Assembly: GCA_032718475.1 (NCBI GenBank)
Contig: JAUCBJ010007139.1
Location: forward strand, 1 to 58,878
DNA length: 58,878 nt
DNA from: Nemertoderma westbladi
Taxonomy: Eukaryota > Animalia > Xenacoelomorpha
Reading direction: 5' to 3'
Positions within the stretch are counted from its first letter, which is position 1; each line of letters opens with the position of its first letter. The translations under genes were made by a program, and so were the position numbers. Below the pieces are notes generated by a model. The model saw only the letters and a program-made list of their open reading frames with translations, was not told the DNA's origin and did no database searches. Below are positions 1 through 11,614 of this stretch, piece by piece.

Positions 1-2875
1 TTAAATTTAAATACGCAGAGTAATCTAAATAATAATTTTAATTCAAAAAGAGCAAAATAGTCCCGATTCTAATCCAAATATACAAAATAATTTAAATTAT
101 AATCCGAATTCAGTACAGAATAACTCCAATAATTTAAATAATTTAGAAAATAATGTTGATAATGATGCTATTAATATGAACGCAGCAGACGTGGGTGGTC
201 CGACCAGCTAGGGCCTGCAAGGCCACGTAGTTAATACGCAGGGAGTAGCGGGGGTGAGTCAACCCGACGGGAGTCTGCAAGACCACGCAGTGGTAGAGGG
301 AGAGGGGGGGTGAATAGACCCAGCCGCAGTAGAGATAGTGCGTCGACTAGAGAGGGGCGTAGAAGTGAAGTAAGAGATAGTCAAGTAATAGGTGGAGAGC
401 GGGGGGGGGGGGGGGGCTACATGCGCCCCACGACCAGAGATTAGTGGTGAGAGGGGGGGGGCAGAGAGTTTCCCACAGGCGTCGGCGGATAATGCGCGGG
501 GCGAGTTAGACGAACCGCAGCACCCGGCGATGGAGAATAGTAGGGGGATTATGAATATCCCCAGCGGCGTCCAACCGGCTAGAAAGAGAGGGGTTGGCGT
601 CGTAAGCGGGCGAGCGTCCAGCCCAGTCAGAAGAGGGAAGAAGAACAGTGGAGTTTAACCGGGAGGTCGATGAGAGATCTCACGAGCGGGGACGCTACAC
701 TGAAGAGAGAAGAAGAGAAGAGAGTAGAAGAAGCTTTGCTATGAGCGACTGGAGAGCGAGGACGGATAGCGAGCCGTCGGTGGTAGAGATGGAGTTGGAG
801 AGTCAGTGGGGTCGAACTCCGGGAGATTGCCGTCGCCCCGGAGGGACGCAGCCTGGCTAGATATATTATACGCCAAGAGAGGGGTACAGGACGTACCGAT
901 ACGAGGACGAGAACAGGAGAGGGGATCGAAGAGAAACTTCCTGACGGGATATAGCTGCCGATCGAGGGTACGGTAGTCGCGGGGAGGACTTCTTGGATTA
1001 TTTGAGAAGGTTAAACTTCGGTCCGGAGGGACACATACAGACTGCAGAACATACTGTAGGCCTTACTGCATATACTATAGGCCATGCTGGGAGAGATAGT
1101 GTAGGCGATAGGGTAGCGCGAACAACGGGATTAAACCCAGAAGTTGCAGAGTATATAGCGGTAGGTAGGCCAGAAGTGGATAGGCCTACACCGGTACCAG
1201 CACAGCAGTATGACTATAATATGCAGGGACATAACATATATCCAGGGGAGGGGAGAGTTATTGCGGATAGTTGTATGGGCCCAATATACTAACATCAACC
1301 CCAGTACCAAACATACCACCGGTGGGGGGGGGGGGGGCAGGGCGACATTTCCCCATTTCAATATCAACAATACACTCAAACAGAAATAAGAACATCGAAC
1401 CCCCTGGACGAGAACAGAACATGGAAATATGGAGGCGGCCGTTACCCCCAATGGTATATCCGACGCAACGAAAGACAGCAGGCTGGGTGGGCGGACCGCA
1501 CCCGATGGGAGAATCTGTACAGCATCCTTCGAACCCATTGGAAGTACAGGCAATGGGAATGGCTACGCTAATCGATGCGCTCAAAACCAGAATCGAGCTA
1601 CCACCCGTAGAGCCATTTATATTCGACGGAAGTAGGCCGGAAGAATACCTGCAATTCCGGTGCATGTACCGCAACGAGATATTAACCAAGAACCTGACGC
1701 AGGCGGAGTGCCTAAAATATCTACAGGTATATACAGGAAGCCCAGCGAACGACATCGTGAGGCAGTATCAGGGCATCGAGGGTGGCTTCATGACAGCATG
1801 GCGGGCCCTAGACAGGGAATACGGACACCCTGCCAAGATCATCCGGCAGACCTTAAGGGGTATAACATCGGGTGGCCTACAAGACAACCCTATTAGCATA
1901 AAGACCTTCTCGAACAAGGTTGAGAAGGCATTGATAGTGCGAATGATGCCATACGAACTCAACGCATCTAATAATATCACCATGATAGCGCAGGCACTGC
2001 TGATCTGGCTGCGCAATAAATGGAGAAAGATCGCCTTCTCCACCCGGGAGAAGAAGGGTGCGGAACCGGGCCTAGAGGAAATGTCGAATTTCCTCAACTA
2101 CGAGGCAGAGTTGATCACGGACCCAGTCTATAGCGAGGATAGTCTGGGGAGGGCGCCAAAGACCGAATATAATAGGCCGAAACCAGAACACAACACAGCA
2201 AATGCATTACCAAAACTTAGACAATCACTGCCATACGCGCCGACGCCGCAGGGGACTGCTAGTCCACATGTAGCCGGGGGTAGGGCCACACCATGGAGTG
2301 GACAGGGGCAAAATAACAACACAAACAAATATAACCCCAACACGCCCAGTAGGCCAAACCCAAACAATAAGAACAGTAGGGAACTAGGTATGAACATGAG
2401 TGCGATACGAAGCGCACTGTATAGGGACGGCTATAATCCAAACAACAAATGCCAATTGCATTCAAACGCACTTCATCAGACCATGAACTGCAGGTATTGG
2501 CCAGCGTTGCCCAAACAAGATCAAGTAGAATACGCAAGGAAGAGTGGAATCTGTCATCGATGTGTGGCGGGCGGACACAAAGCTGATCAATGCAAAGAAA
2601 CACCAATTAAGTTCGGTCAAGGCAAAGGGCAGACAATGGCGACAAGCACCGTAGGGGCGAAGAAAAGGGGAACGGTACTACTTGGGGTAGTGCCAGTGAG
2701 GGTGATAGGAGAAGGCAGTCGATCAGTAACCACGTTGATGCTGGTCGACAGTGGAGCAGCCTTCTCATTGGTGGAGAATTGGGTGGCCGAAGAGATAGGA
2801 CTAAAGACGAGGCCAAGTAGGATGGCGGTAACAACCATCTCCAGCAAAGATGAGGTCCTGGAGATGAGGACGTGA
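1..2875 (+). pseudogene. BEL/Pao gag plus aspartic protease N-part (frameshifted; main ORF 1271-2875)
   Basis: DUF1759-like capsid region, CQLHSNALHQTMNC and CHRCVAGGHKADQC knuckles, VLLGVVPVRV, MLVDSGAAFSLV; upstream pieces 392-658, 648-860 and 993-1292 match the gag N-part of copy 2. Confidence 0.9.
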
Positions 2876-2917
2876 CAGTGCGAGATAGCAGCGATAGCAC
2901 TGGGATGCGATTATGGG

Positions 2918-3988
2918 GTGACCATCGACCCCATCCAGGTAATAGAATCGATCATCATCAACGCCAGGCGACCAACCAACATCGAGGTCGAACAATACAG
3001 ATTCCTGGACAACATCGATTTCTTGATACCGGAGGTGGACGTCAGGAAGGAATCCATTATAGTGGGAATGGACTGCCCGATGGCCCACGAGAGAATGCAA
3101 ATGGTCTTCGGCGAAGACAGGCAGCGTGATCCGATGGCAATCCTCACGCCATTCGGATGGACGCTGACCGGCCCAATTAAAACCAATATTCCATTCAGTA
3201 TCTCCGAGACTTCAGGGTGCATGCTGCCAGGCACTGTTGAGGGGGTAGAAGAGAAACCAGAGATGGGCGATGGGGAGGTCCCACGTAAGAAGCGGCCCAA
3301 GGAAGGATACCAGGAGTCGGGTATGGATCTGGAAGCACGCATAGTGGGGCGTGGTGAAAGGATAGAGGATAGTTCCAGTGAAATACCGCCGGTAGATGAG
3401 CTAGAAGTGGAAGCAACACCAAGAGAGTGGGCAGTGGAGAATGGCTTGGATGCAGAAGATCCAGAGGCGATGGGATGGAACAAGGATGTTCCTGGCAACT
3501 ATCGGTATGAGGGTGGAGAAGAGTGGACGGCGAAATGTCCGGAGGAGTGCCCGGAGGAGTGTCCAGAGGAGTATCCGGAGGAGACGCCGGTCCGGTTGAG
3601 AGGCATACCGAAAAGGGGGAGGTCGAGTAAGAAGACAAGGTGGAAAGGGAGAGGATGTGAGAAGATTAGACCAGGGGCAGAGAAGCCCATGATTAGACGT
3701 GACAAAGGAGCCAGGAAAGTAGAAGGAGGCGTGTTGAACACGCACACGGGGCTGGCAGAGTGCGGGGGGGCATTAAATGGCAGGACATCATGTGTACCTA
3801 AGGATGACTGGGGATTATCGAGGGCTTTAATGCCAGCGCACATATTAAGGGGGAGGCCAGCAGAGGTAGCATGTAAGAGTAAGGATGACATCAGGGGCGG
3901 CATTATACCGCCAAACGACAAGTTGAAGGGTGGCGCTTTGCCACCAGGGGATGACCACGAGGAGATCAGTAATACAGTAATACAGTAA
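2918..3988 (+). pseudogene. Protease C-part fused to a collapsed pol remnant (no RT/RNase H; integrase C-terminal motif retained)
   Basis: IIVGMDCP...AILTPFGW matches copy 2, followed by an acidic low-complexity stretch and GLAECGGALNGR...ALMPAHILRGRP, resembling the BEL integrase 'EA.LNSRPL...LTP.HFL.GR' motif. Confidence 0.7.
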
Positions 3989-4140
3989 TAATATCAGTAA
4001 TAAAATAATAGATAGAAAGTTAGAAAGTTAGAAAGAGAAAGGAAAGTAATAGTACATAGTACATAGTATGTAGTAGTAAGTAAGTAGGCAGATAGAAGTT
4101 AGTAAGAGTTAGTAAGAGTTAGAAGTTAGTAAGAGTTAGT

Positions 4141-4570
4141 AGTAAGAGGGTACGTAGTACTGTTAGTGGAATTAGTTAGAGAGTAAGAGGGTACGTAGTA
4201 CCATTACTGGAGTTAGTTAGAGAGTAAGAGGGTATGTAGTACCATTAGTGGAGTTAGTTAGAGAGTAAGAGGGTACGTAGTACCATTAGCGGAGTTAGTT
4301 AAAGAGTAAGAGGGTACGTAGTACCGTTAGTGGAGTTAGTTAGAGAGTAAGAGGGTACGTAGTACCGTTAGCGGAGTTAGTTAGAGAGTAAGAGGGTACG
4401 TAGTACCGTTAGTGGAGTTACTTAGAGAGTAAGAGGGTACGTAGTACCGTTAGCGGAGTTAGTTAGAGATTAAGATGGTACGTAGTACTGTTAGTGGAGT
4501 TAGTTAGGGAGTGAGAGGATACGTAGTACCGTTAGTAGAGTTGTAAGAGGGTACATAGTACCGTTAGTTA
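4141..4570 (+). repeat. 41-bp minisatellite, ~10 copies, between pol remnant and ORF3
   Basis: Unit AGTAAGAGGGTACGTAGTACCGTTAGTGGAGTTAGTTAGAG starting at 4141, 4182, 4223, 4264...; flanked by AGTTAGTAAG short repeats. Confidence 0.95.
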
Positions 4571-5197
4571 GTAAGAGTTAGAGAGTTAGTAAGAGTTAGT
4601 AAGAGTTAGTAGGAGTTAGAGAGTTAGGGAATTAGTAGAATTAGAGAGTTAGTAGGGTTAGTGGTAAGAAGTGAGAGGGGGGCACATGGGTACAGCAGAA
4701 CAGACCATGTAGGCCGCATGAGACATACTACTGTACTGCAAAGCCCGTAGAGTAGGTCAGAATGTTTGATACAGGGCCAGGAGGTTACCTGGTGCAGACT
4801 AGCACAGTAAGGAATAGCTAGTCTACCCTGTATGCAAACCATAGACCCCTATAACAAATAGACAAATTAAACCCCTTAAACCCCTTAAACAAATAATCCA
4901 TTATAAGTATTGATAGCACAGTAATAGAATTAAAATTAATATCAAAATTAAAATTCAACAAATTATAGCAACAGTAGGCAGAAAATTCTAGAACATAATA
5001 AAAGTAGCTGACAGATTTAGGGAATTTAGGGAAATTTAGCACTTTAGGGGGTAAATAGGCAAATACAGCAAGAAAACCCACCGTTCTGAGAGAGATAGGC
5101 CATTATCGGACCACACAGACCATCCTAACTACATCACTCACCTATATTGAGCCTTGGCAAGGCACCACCTTGAGGTGAGCGATCGGGAGCGCTCGAA

Positions 5198-7486
5198 ATG
5201 GCGGAGAAACTTGTCAGAAAGAGAAAGGCGGAAATGGGTGGAGAGGAGATACTAGTAGATTTCACCGAGAGGCATCCGGAGGAGAAGATGAGGGGATACT
5301 ACGATCGGTTAGAGAAGGGTCACAAGGTGCGAGCGCTGCAGGACCATTTCAGGGAGGTGCACGAGAGGCAGCTGGTCGGGACCTACGGGACGCCATCGCT
5401 AGACAACGCGATCCTCGAGCATTTCCACTATGTGGTGAAGGGAGACGAGGCGAGGTTCGGGATACCGAAGTATCCGAGGGAACCATAGAGAAAGGACTGG
5501 AAGAGGTTCATAGAGTCCGTCAGCAGGGGAGGATACATGGTCCTGGACGACGAAGGGACTCTGGAAGACGACGAGGGTTCGAGGAGAGGGTCGGCGGCAT
5601 CGGCCAGAACCATACTTCTGCATTTGGCTGCGCCAAATGGGGACATATTCCTGTTTGATCTGGGAACGTATGGGAAGAAGAGCGGGCCGAAGCTAAACCG
5701 GTTGCCAAGGGAAGTGCAGAACGTAGTAAGGGAAAAGATGAAGGTAGGATCGGCGATCCGCGATGATGCAGGGAGGATCATCGGTCCGGAGACCCCCAAC
5801 CTCCTGGACATGCAAATGGTTTACATGGCTATGACAGGGCCAGCCGGGTTGGGACTAGTAGAGAACATAGGACATTGCGGAGCAGTGGTGATGGGCCATC
5901 TAATGGGGCTCGTCTGCCACAAGCTGATGGACTGGGGTAAATTCAGGGAGGAGTACGGAGCGGAGTTGGCGAACTCGCTGAAGTGGGGAGCGAGGCCGGG
6001 GAAACAGGACGTGTATCAATTCCGGAGAGGAGCGATAAAGATATATCAGAAGCGATATATCCTGCAGGAGGATTGGATAATGATAGGTTTACTAAACCTA
6101 TTCATGGCCGTGGTTATTGGAAGAGAGCCAACGGCGTTTCTGCTATCGGGATCACCCCTGAACTACAGAAGAGCCTTCAAAGTGGCCTTCGAGGGTCTGG
6201 CAGACCACCCGGGGCTGAAGGGTGAGTCAGTATACTACAACAGCCGATATCTAGTAGACAGGGAGGTGGATACACCATATCAGAGGTGGGAGAAGCTGGA
6301 GGCGGATAGACTAGAAGAGAAGCGATTGGAAGAAATCGCCAGATGAGAAATGAGGGAGGCAGACGAAAGAGAGGCGGAAGCTAGAGGAGAGGGCTACGGG
6401 TTTGAGGCCCAGGCCTTGGACGATTGGCAGTGGGCATCAGGGAGCTCTGGCGAGTCTCTGGGGCGGGAGTTGGGATGGACGGAAGAATTGCCGAAACAGT
6501 TGACATCTGGATTACAGGCGACGCTCATGCCAACAGGCGCCGAGGGCGATTTCGCAAAGAAAAGGCCAAGGGAACTAGAAGGATGGAAAGTTACGGGCGA
6601 GAGCCAAGGTGGGAAGGAACACAGTGGGTCTACCAGGATACCGGGTTTGGATCCACTCCCAGCGGAGGACGAGGATGATGACGAGTTTGGGGAGATGCCG
6701 CCCATCGAGAGAATCGGCCACTCAGACACGGACTGGGTTGGTGGGAGAGTGGTGATGGCCAGCGGGGCGAGGGCCTTCTGGGATAAACCCGGCAAGTGGG
6801 CCTGGGTGCATGAGGAGCCAGCGATGGATTTCGCGGGGAGCACCATCAGGTTGGGCGAGCAACCGGGAACGGCACCACAGCTAGTGTTCGTAGAGACAAT
6901 GCCGAGGCGAGACGAGGACATAGATATGGACAGAGATGTTAACGTCCAGAAGTTGCGACTGGAAGGACGACGAGGAGAAGTTTAGGATCTTCGAGGAGTG
7001 GGCCGATGACCCGTCATAATGCGGCAGTGAATGAAGGCCCTGGAATTCCGGTGGGGTTTCTTCAATATTAACCAGGAGGCCCACCTGGAAATCATTAAAT
7101 GGAGACTTCTGTTTACTTATCAAGAAGTAGCAACGGCGGCATCGTATGCTGGAGTGATGAATACACAGAGGTATTTAGATAGATGGGCGCCAGAGAACCG
7201 GGGAGAGTTCAGAGATTTCCTGGCGGAGGATGTGATCTTGTGGGATGCTACTAGGGGAAAGCAGCAGGGGCATTCGGAGGGGCCACCTGCGAAGAGATAC
7301 CGGGAGCTAATAACACCAGCGCCCAAGGAATCAACCACGGGAATCAGTAGGGAGGTAACGGCAAGGATGAGGAACCTTAAGGAGGACAAGAGCAAGGAAG
7401 CGGCGACAACCAGGAAGCGACCGAAACAGGACGACAACAGAGGGAAGGAACTGAGATGGTTCCCAAAGACGGGAGGAGCGAAGTAG
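5198..7486 (+). pseudogene. Retrotransposon ORF3: putative DEDDy (WRN/EXD/Mut-7-like) 3'-5' exonuclease protein, ~750 aa, with a few stops/frameshifts
   Basis: ORFs 5198, 5537, 6350 and 7031 share one frame. Motifs: GYMVLDDEG (ExoI DxE), ILLHLAAPNGDIFLFDL, LPREV..KMKVGSAIRDD (ExoII), NLLDMQ, W.ARP, QKRYILQED (ExoIII-like). Confidence 0.72.
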
Positions 7487-8226
7487 GACTCAGAGGGGGA
7501 GATGTGGGGATGCCTGGAAGGCACCACATGCGAAGTAATACGAACTTCTATGTGCAAACTTAATAAAAGTGCAATTAGTAAGTACGTATGTAATAATCAA
7601 TAGAGTATAATCATATAATCAATATACAATCAATATAATCAAAGTAAGTACTATAGTCATGTAACCTTTTCCCAATTAGCTACTGGGACTGGGGACCAAC
7701 TGACTATGACAGGACGGGACACTGGATGACTCACACTTCTTGAGTGCGACGGCACGAGAGGGGAAGGTGAGGCTCGTCAGGAGTGAGTGGAGCGAAACGA
7801 GTAGGGGTTGAGTACAGGAATGCAGTGGAGATAGTGAGAGGTGGTGTTGACGCGTGTGGAGAGAATATGGGTGCAATTCAAATGTGGGGGGCGAGGAGTA
7901 AGAGGCAGAGTGAGGGACAAAGTGGTCCAAAAGTAGAGTGGAGTTAGAGTGGAACTAGAGAAGTTAGAGTCAGTTTAGAGTAGAGTGGAGATATAAAATT
8001 GTATGAGAAGAGTCCACAATTGTCTCGAACCGAGATGCCAGATGTCTTGGTGCAACATAGGTTGCGGTTGCACCAAGAGGGGGTAGTAACATCATCCCTA
8101 GAGGGAGCGGCCTGGAAAGCCGACCCCAAAAAAAGAACTCCACCCCACACCCGATAGTAGATCGGGTTCCAGCGGAATTGAAGCGCACTTATGGGTGATG
8201 CTATCTTCTCACTGGGAAGATAGCAT

Positions 8227-8235
8227 GGGGGGGAG
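8227..8235 (+). promoter_or_regulatory. Polypurine tract of BEL copy 1
   Basis: GGGGGGGAG immediately before the TGTAATCGG LTR start. Confidence 0.85.
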
Positions 8236-8852
8236 TGTAATCGGATTCAGTTCCGCTGCATTACCCTCAAAAATGGGAAGTGGCGCATTTTCAGTAATAT
8301 GTTGGAGGTACGAGATTGGCAATAACCAATCTCGTATCACAATCCAACACTGGGGACAACAAAACCCCAAAGCCACACAAAGGGAGGTCAGAGGTCAAAC
8401 CACCTCGGGAGGGAAAATAACCAACAGGGGCCAATGGGGGGGGGGGGGGAGGGGAAGCACTCCCAGAGAGGTGAGAGGCGTGAAGTAGATTATCAGCCAA
8501 TAGTGGCGGGGGAGAGCATCCACTGGATGAAAGACCACAGCAGCATAGGAGTGATTGCATATATTGTCAATACATATTACCATACCGGTTCAGTTACTCA
8601 GTCATCAGCTTAAGTGCAGACCGGTGACATTTTTCTCACCATCACCAAACGTCATCAACATTCAGACACATTGTTATATCAGTATACCGGTTATTCAGTC
8701 ATTGTGCTATTACATATATTATTATACAACACCAGGAGATAACATCGAACTCCCATATTTTCCGCAACAGCCTTGGCCAAACTGCCAGCACCCCTAAAGA
8801 CAACGGTGACGCGTAGTCAATCTATCCGGTCGGGATCCTTGATCCTGTCACA
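8236..8852 (+). repeat. 3' LTR of BEL copy 1 (~617 bp)
   Basis: Starts TGTAATCGGATTCAGTTCC, ends GATCCTGTCACA; both ends homologous to the LTR at 21027->18791, start homologous to 52640. Confidence 0.9.
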
Positions 8853-9490
8853 AAAGTGGAGAGGGCTGCTAAGGAGGTTGGATTGCATATAAATGCTACC
8901 AAGACCGAATTCATGACCTTTAATGTTGATGGAAACTTGACAATCATTGATAATAATCAACTAAGGAAGGTTAATGACTTCCAGTACCTTAGATCATGGA
9001 TAGAGAGTAGCAAAAAGGACATAGAAGTTAGGAAAGCAAAGGCTTGGGCAGCTCTATCAAAAATGGATACCATCTGGAAATCAGATCTCTCCAGGCACCT
9101 GAAGACTAAGTTCTTTCGAGCCATGATGGAAAGTGTATTTTTATACGGGGGTGAGACCTGGACACTGACTAAATCACTTGAACAACGAATTGATGGTTGC
9201 TACACAAGACTACTAAGGGCAGCCCTAAACATCAGCTGGAGACAACACATGACAAACGCCGAGCTTTATGGTACAATACCACCTGTATCAACCACCCTCC
9301 GTGAATGCAGATTAAGATTCAGTGGGCACTGCTGGCGAAGTAAAGACGAGGTCATACCAGATCTACTTCTCTGGCAACCAACTCATGGAAAGCGTACTGA
9401 ATGGACTGGCCATAACATATATAGATCAACTTGAATGGGATACTGAACTTGGGAGAAACGAAATTGCGACAACTATGGAGAATCGGGAAG
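8853..9490 (+). mobile_element. RTE-clade LINE fragment (RT C-terminal/thumb)
   Basis: AKEVGLHINATKT...NDFQYL.SWI...KAKAW...SVFLYGGETWTL...RLRFSGHCWR. Confidence 0.88.
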
Positions 9491-9517
9491 GATCTCATTT
9501 CGACCTAGTAGTTTCGA

Positions 9518-11000
9518 CACTCTCCCGGCCACCCAGTCTGTATCTGAGTGGCCGATCCTCTCGATGGGGGGCATCTCTCCAAACTCGTCGTCATCTTCCT
9601 CCCTTGCTGGGAGTGGATCCAGTCCCGGTATCCCGGTAGATCCACTGTGCCCCTTTCCGCCTTGGCTTCCACCCGTAACTTTCCACCCTTCCTGCTCCCT
9701 AGGTCTCTTTCTTGTGAAATCGCCCTCAGAGCCCACTGGCATGGGCATCACTTGCAATCCCGATGTCGACTGTTTCAGCGATCCTTCCATCCATCCCAGT
9801 TCCTCCCCCAGAAACTCGTCCGAGCTCCCTGATCCCCACCTTAGCTTGTCCAAGTCCTGGGCTTCGAACCCGTAGTCCTCTCCCCTTATGTTCGCCTCTC
9901 TCTCGTCCGCTTCCCTCCTTTCTCGCCTGTCGATTTCTTCCAGCCTCTTCTCCTCGACTCTATTCGCTTCCAGCTTATCCCATCTCTTGAATGGTGTATC
10001 CACCTCTCTGTCTACTTGGTGCTGGCTATCGTAGTACACCGACTCGCCCTTCAGCCCCGGGTGGTCTACCAGACCTTTGAATGCCACCTTAAAGGCTCTT
10101 CTGTAGTTTAGAGGTTCTCCTGATAGCAGAAACGCCATTGGCTCTCTTCCGATAACCACGGCCATGAATAGGTTTAGTAAACCTATCATTATCCAATCCT
10201 CCTGTAGGATATATCTCTTCTGATATATCTTTATCGCTCCCCTTCAGAACTGATACACCTCCTGTTTCCCTGGCCTTGCTCCCCATTTCAGCGACTTCGC
10301 CAGCTCCGCTCCGTACTCCTCCCGGAACTTACCCCAGTCCATCGGCTTGTGGCAGACGAGCCCCATGAGCTGACCCATCGCCACTGCTCCGCAAAGTCCT
10401 GTGTTCTATACCAATCCCAACCCGTCTGGCCCCATCATGGCCATATAGACCGCTTGCATGTCGAGGAGGTTGGGGGTCTCCGGTCTGACGATCCTCTCCG
10501 CATCGTCGCGGATCGCCGATCCCACCTTCACCGTAGTCTTCTCCCTCACAAGGTCCTGCACCGCCCTTGGCAACCGGTTTAACTTCGGCCCGTAGTAATA
10601 TGGTTCTAGCCAATCCCACTGATCCTCTTCTCGAGCCCTCGTCGTCCTCCTCAGTCCCCTCGTCGTCTAGGACCATGTATCCGCCCCTACTCACAGACTC
10701 TACAAACCTCTTCCATTCCTTTCTTGGTGGTTCCCTTGGATACTTCGGTATCTCTCCCTTCACTACGTAGCGAAAATGTTCAAGGATTGCGTTGTCCAGC
10801 GACGGCGTCCCATAGGTCCCGACTAGTCGTCTCTCGTGCATCTCCCTGAAGTGGTCCTGCAGCGCTCGCGCTTTGTGACCCTTCGGTGGCGGCTTGTAGT
10901 ATCCCCTTGTCTTCTCCTCTGGGTGCCTCTGCGTGAAATCCACTAGTATCTCCTTTCCACTCCTCTCTGTCTTTCTCTTCTTAACTAGTCTCTCCGCCAT
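9518..11000 (-). pseudogene. ORF3 (DEDDy exonuclease-like) of BEL copy 2, internally deleted and 3' truncated
   Basis: MAERLVKKRK...SRGGYMVLDDEGT and IGLLNLFMAVVIGREP...HSDTDWV match copy 1 ORF3; a deletion near 10593 shifts the frame. Confidence 0.8.
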
Positions 11001-11614
11001 TACAAACTTCCTCGCACTCTCACCTTATTAGTGGTGCCTTACCAAGGCTCAATTAGATGAGTAACATCTAATGGGATAGTCTGTATTTGTTCAGTAATGG
11101 CCTATCTCCAAGAAACCTTAATTTTATGCTGTATTTTTAAGTATACGTCCCCCAAAGTGCCAATTTCCCTAAATTTTACAAATCTGTCCGTTACTTTAAT
11201 TATGATTCTAGAATCATTTGCCTACTGTTACCATAATTTATTAAATTTTGCTCTTAATACTATTTTATTCTCTCTTAGTGTGCTAATATCGGTTGTGGCG
11301 GGTTATTTCTACTTAGATAACCCCTGTAGTTTGTATACAGGGAAAACTAGCTATTCTCTACTGTGCTAGCTTTGTACCAGGCAACTTCCTGGCCCTGTAC
11401 CAAACATCCTAAACTTACTCTATGGGCCGTGCAGTACAGTAGTCTGTCTCGTGCGGCCTACATGGTCTATCCTGCTGTACCCACGTGCCCCCCTCTCCCT
11501 TTCGTGGTGCTCTCAATGTCCACATCCTCTACGGTACTACGTACCCTACTACTAGTCTTATGGTATACCTATATACCATACTCTTTACTCTCTTACTACT
11601 AACTTCTATTAAGC

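Larger units (their letters stand above)
1..8852 (+). mobile_element. BEL/Pao LTR retrotransposon copy 1 (5' end outside window; non-autonomous: gag-PR, pol remnant, extra ORF3, PPT, 3' LTR)
   Basis: BEL-type gag (IELPPVEPFIFDG...YLQFR, ALDREYGHP), Zn knuckles, protease LVDSGA, 'AILTPFGWTLTGP' motif, PPT GGGGGGGAG then TGT...ACA LTR; colinear with the minus-strand copy at 9518-21027. Confidence 0.93.

Noticed and set aside
4141-4570. 41-bp array as a CRISPR array
   Set aside because: Units are contiguous with no unique spacers; eukaryotic context, no cas genes
5198-7486. ORF3 as an envelope gene
   Set aside because: No signal peptide, Cys-rich ectodomain or C-terminal anchor; the one hydrophobic stretch follows the ExoIII-like motif, as the terminal helix of that fold would
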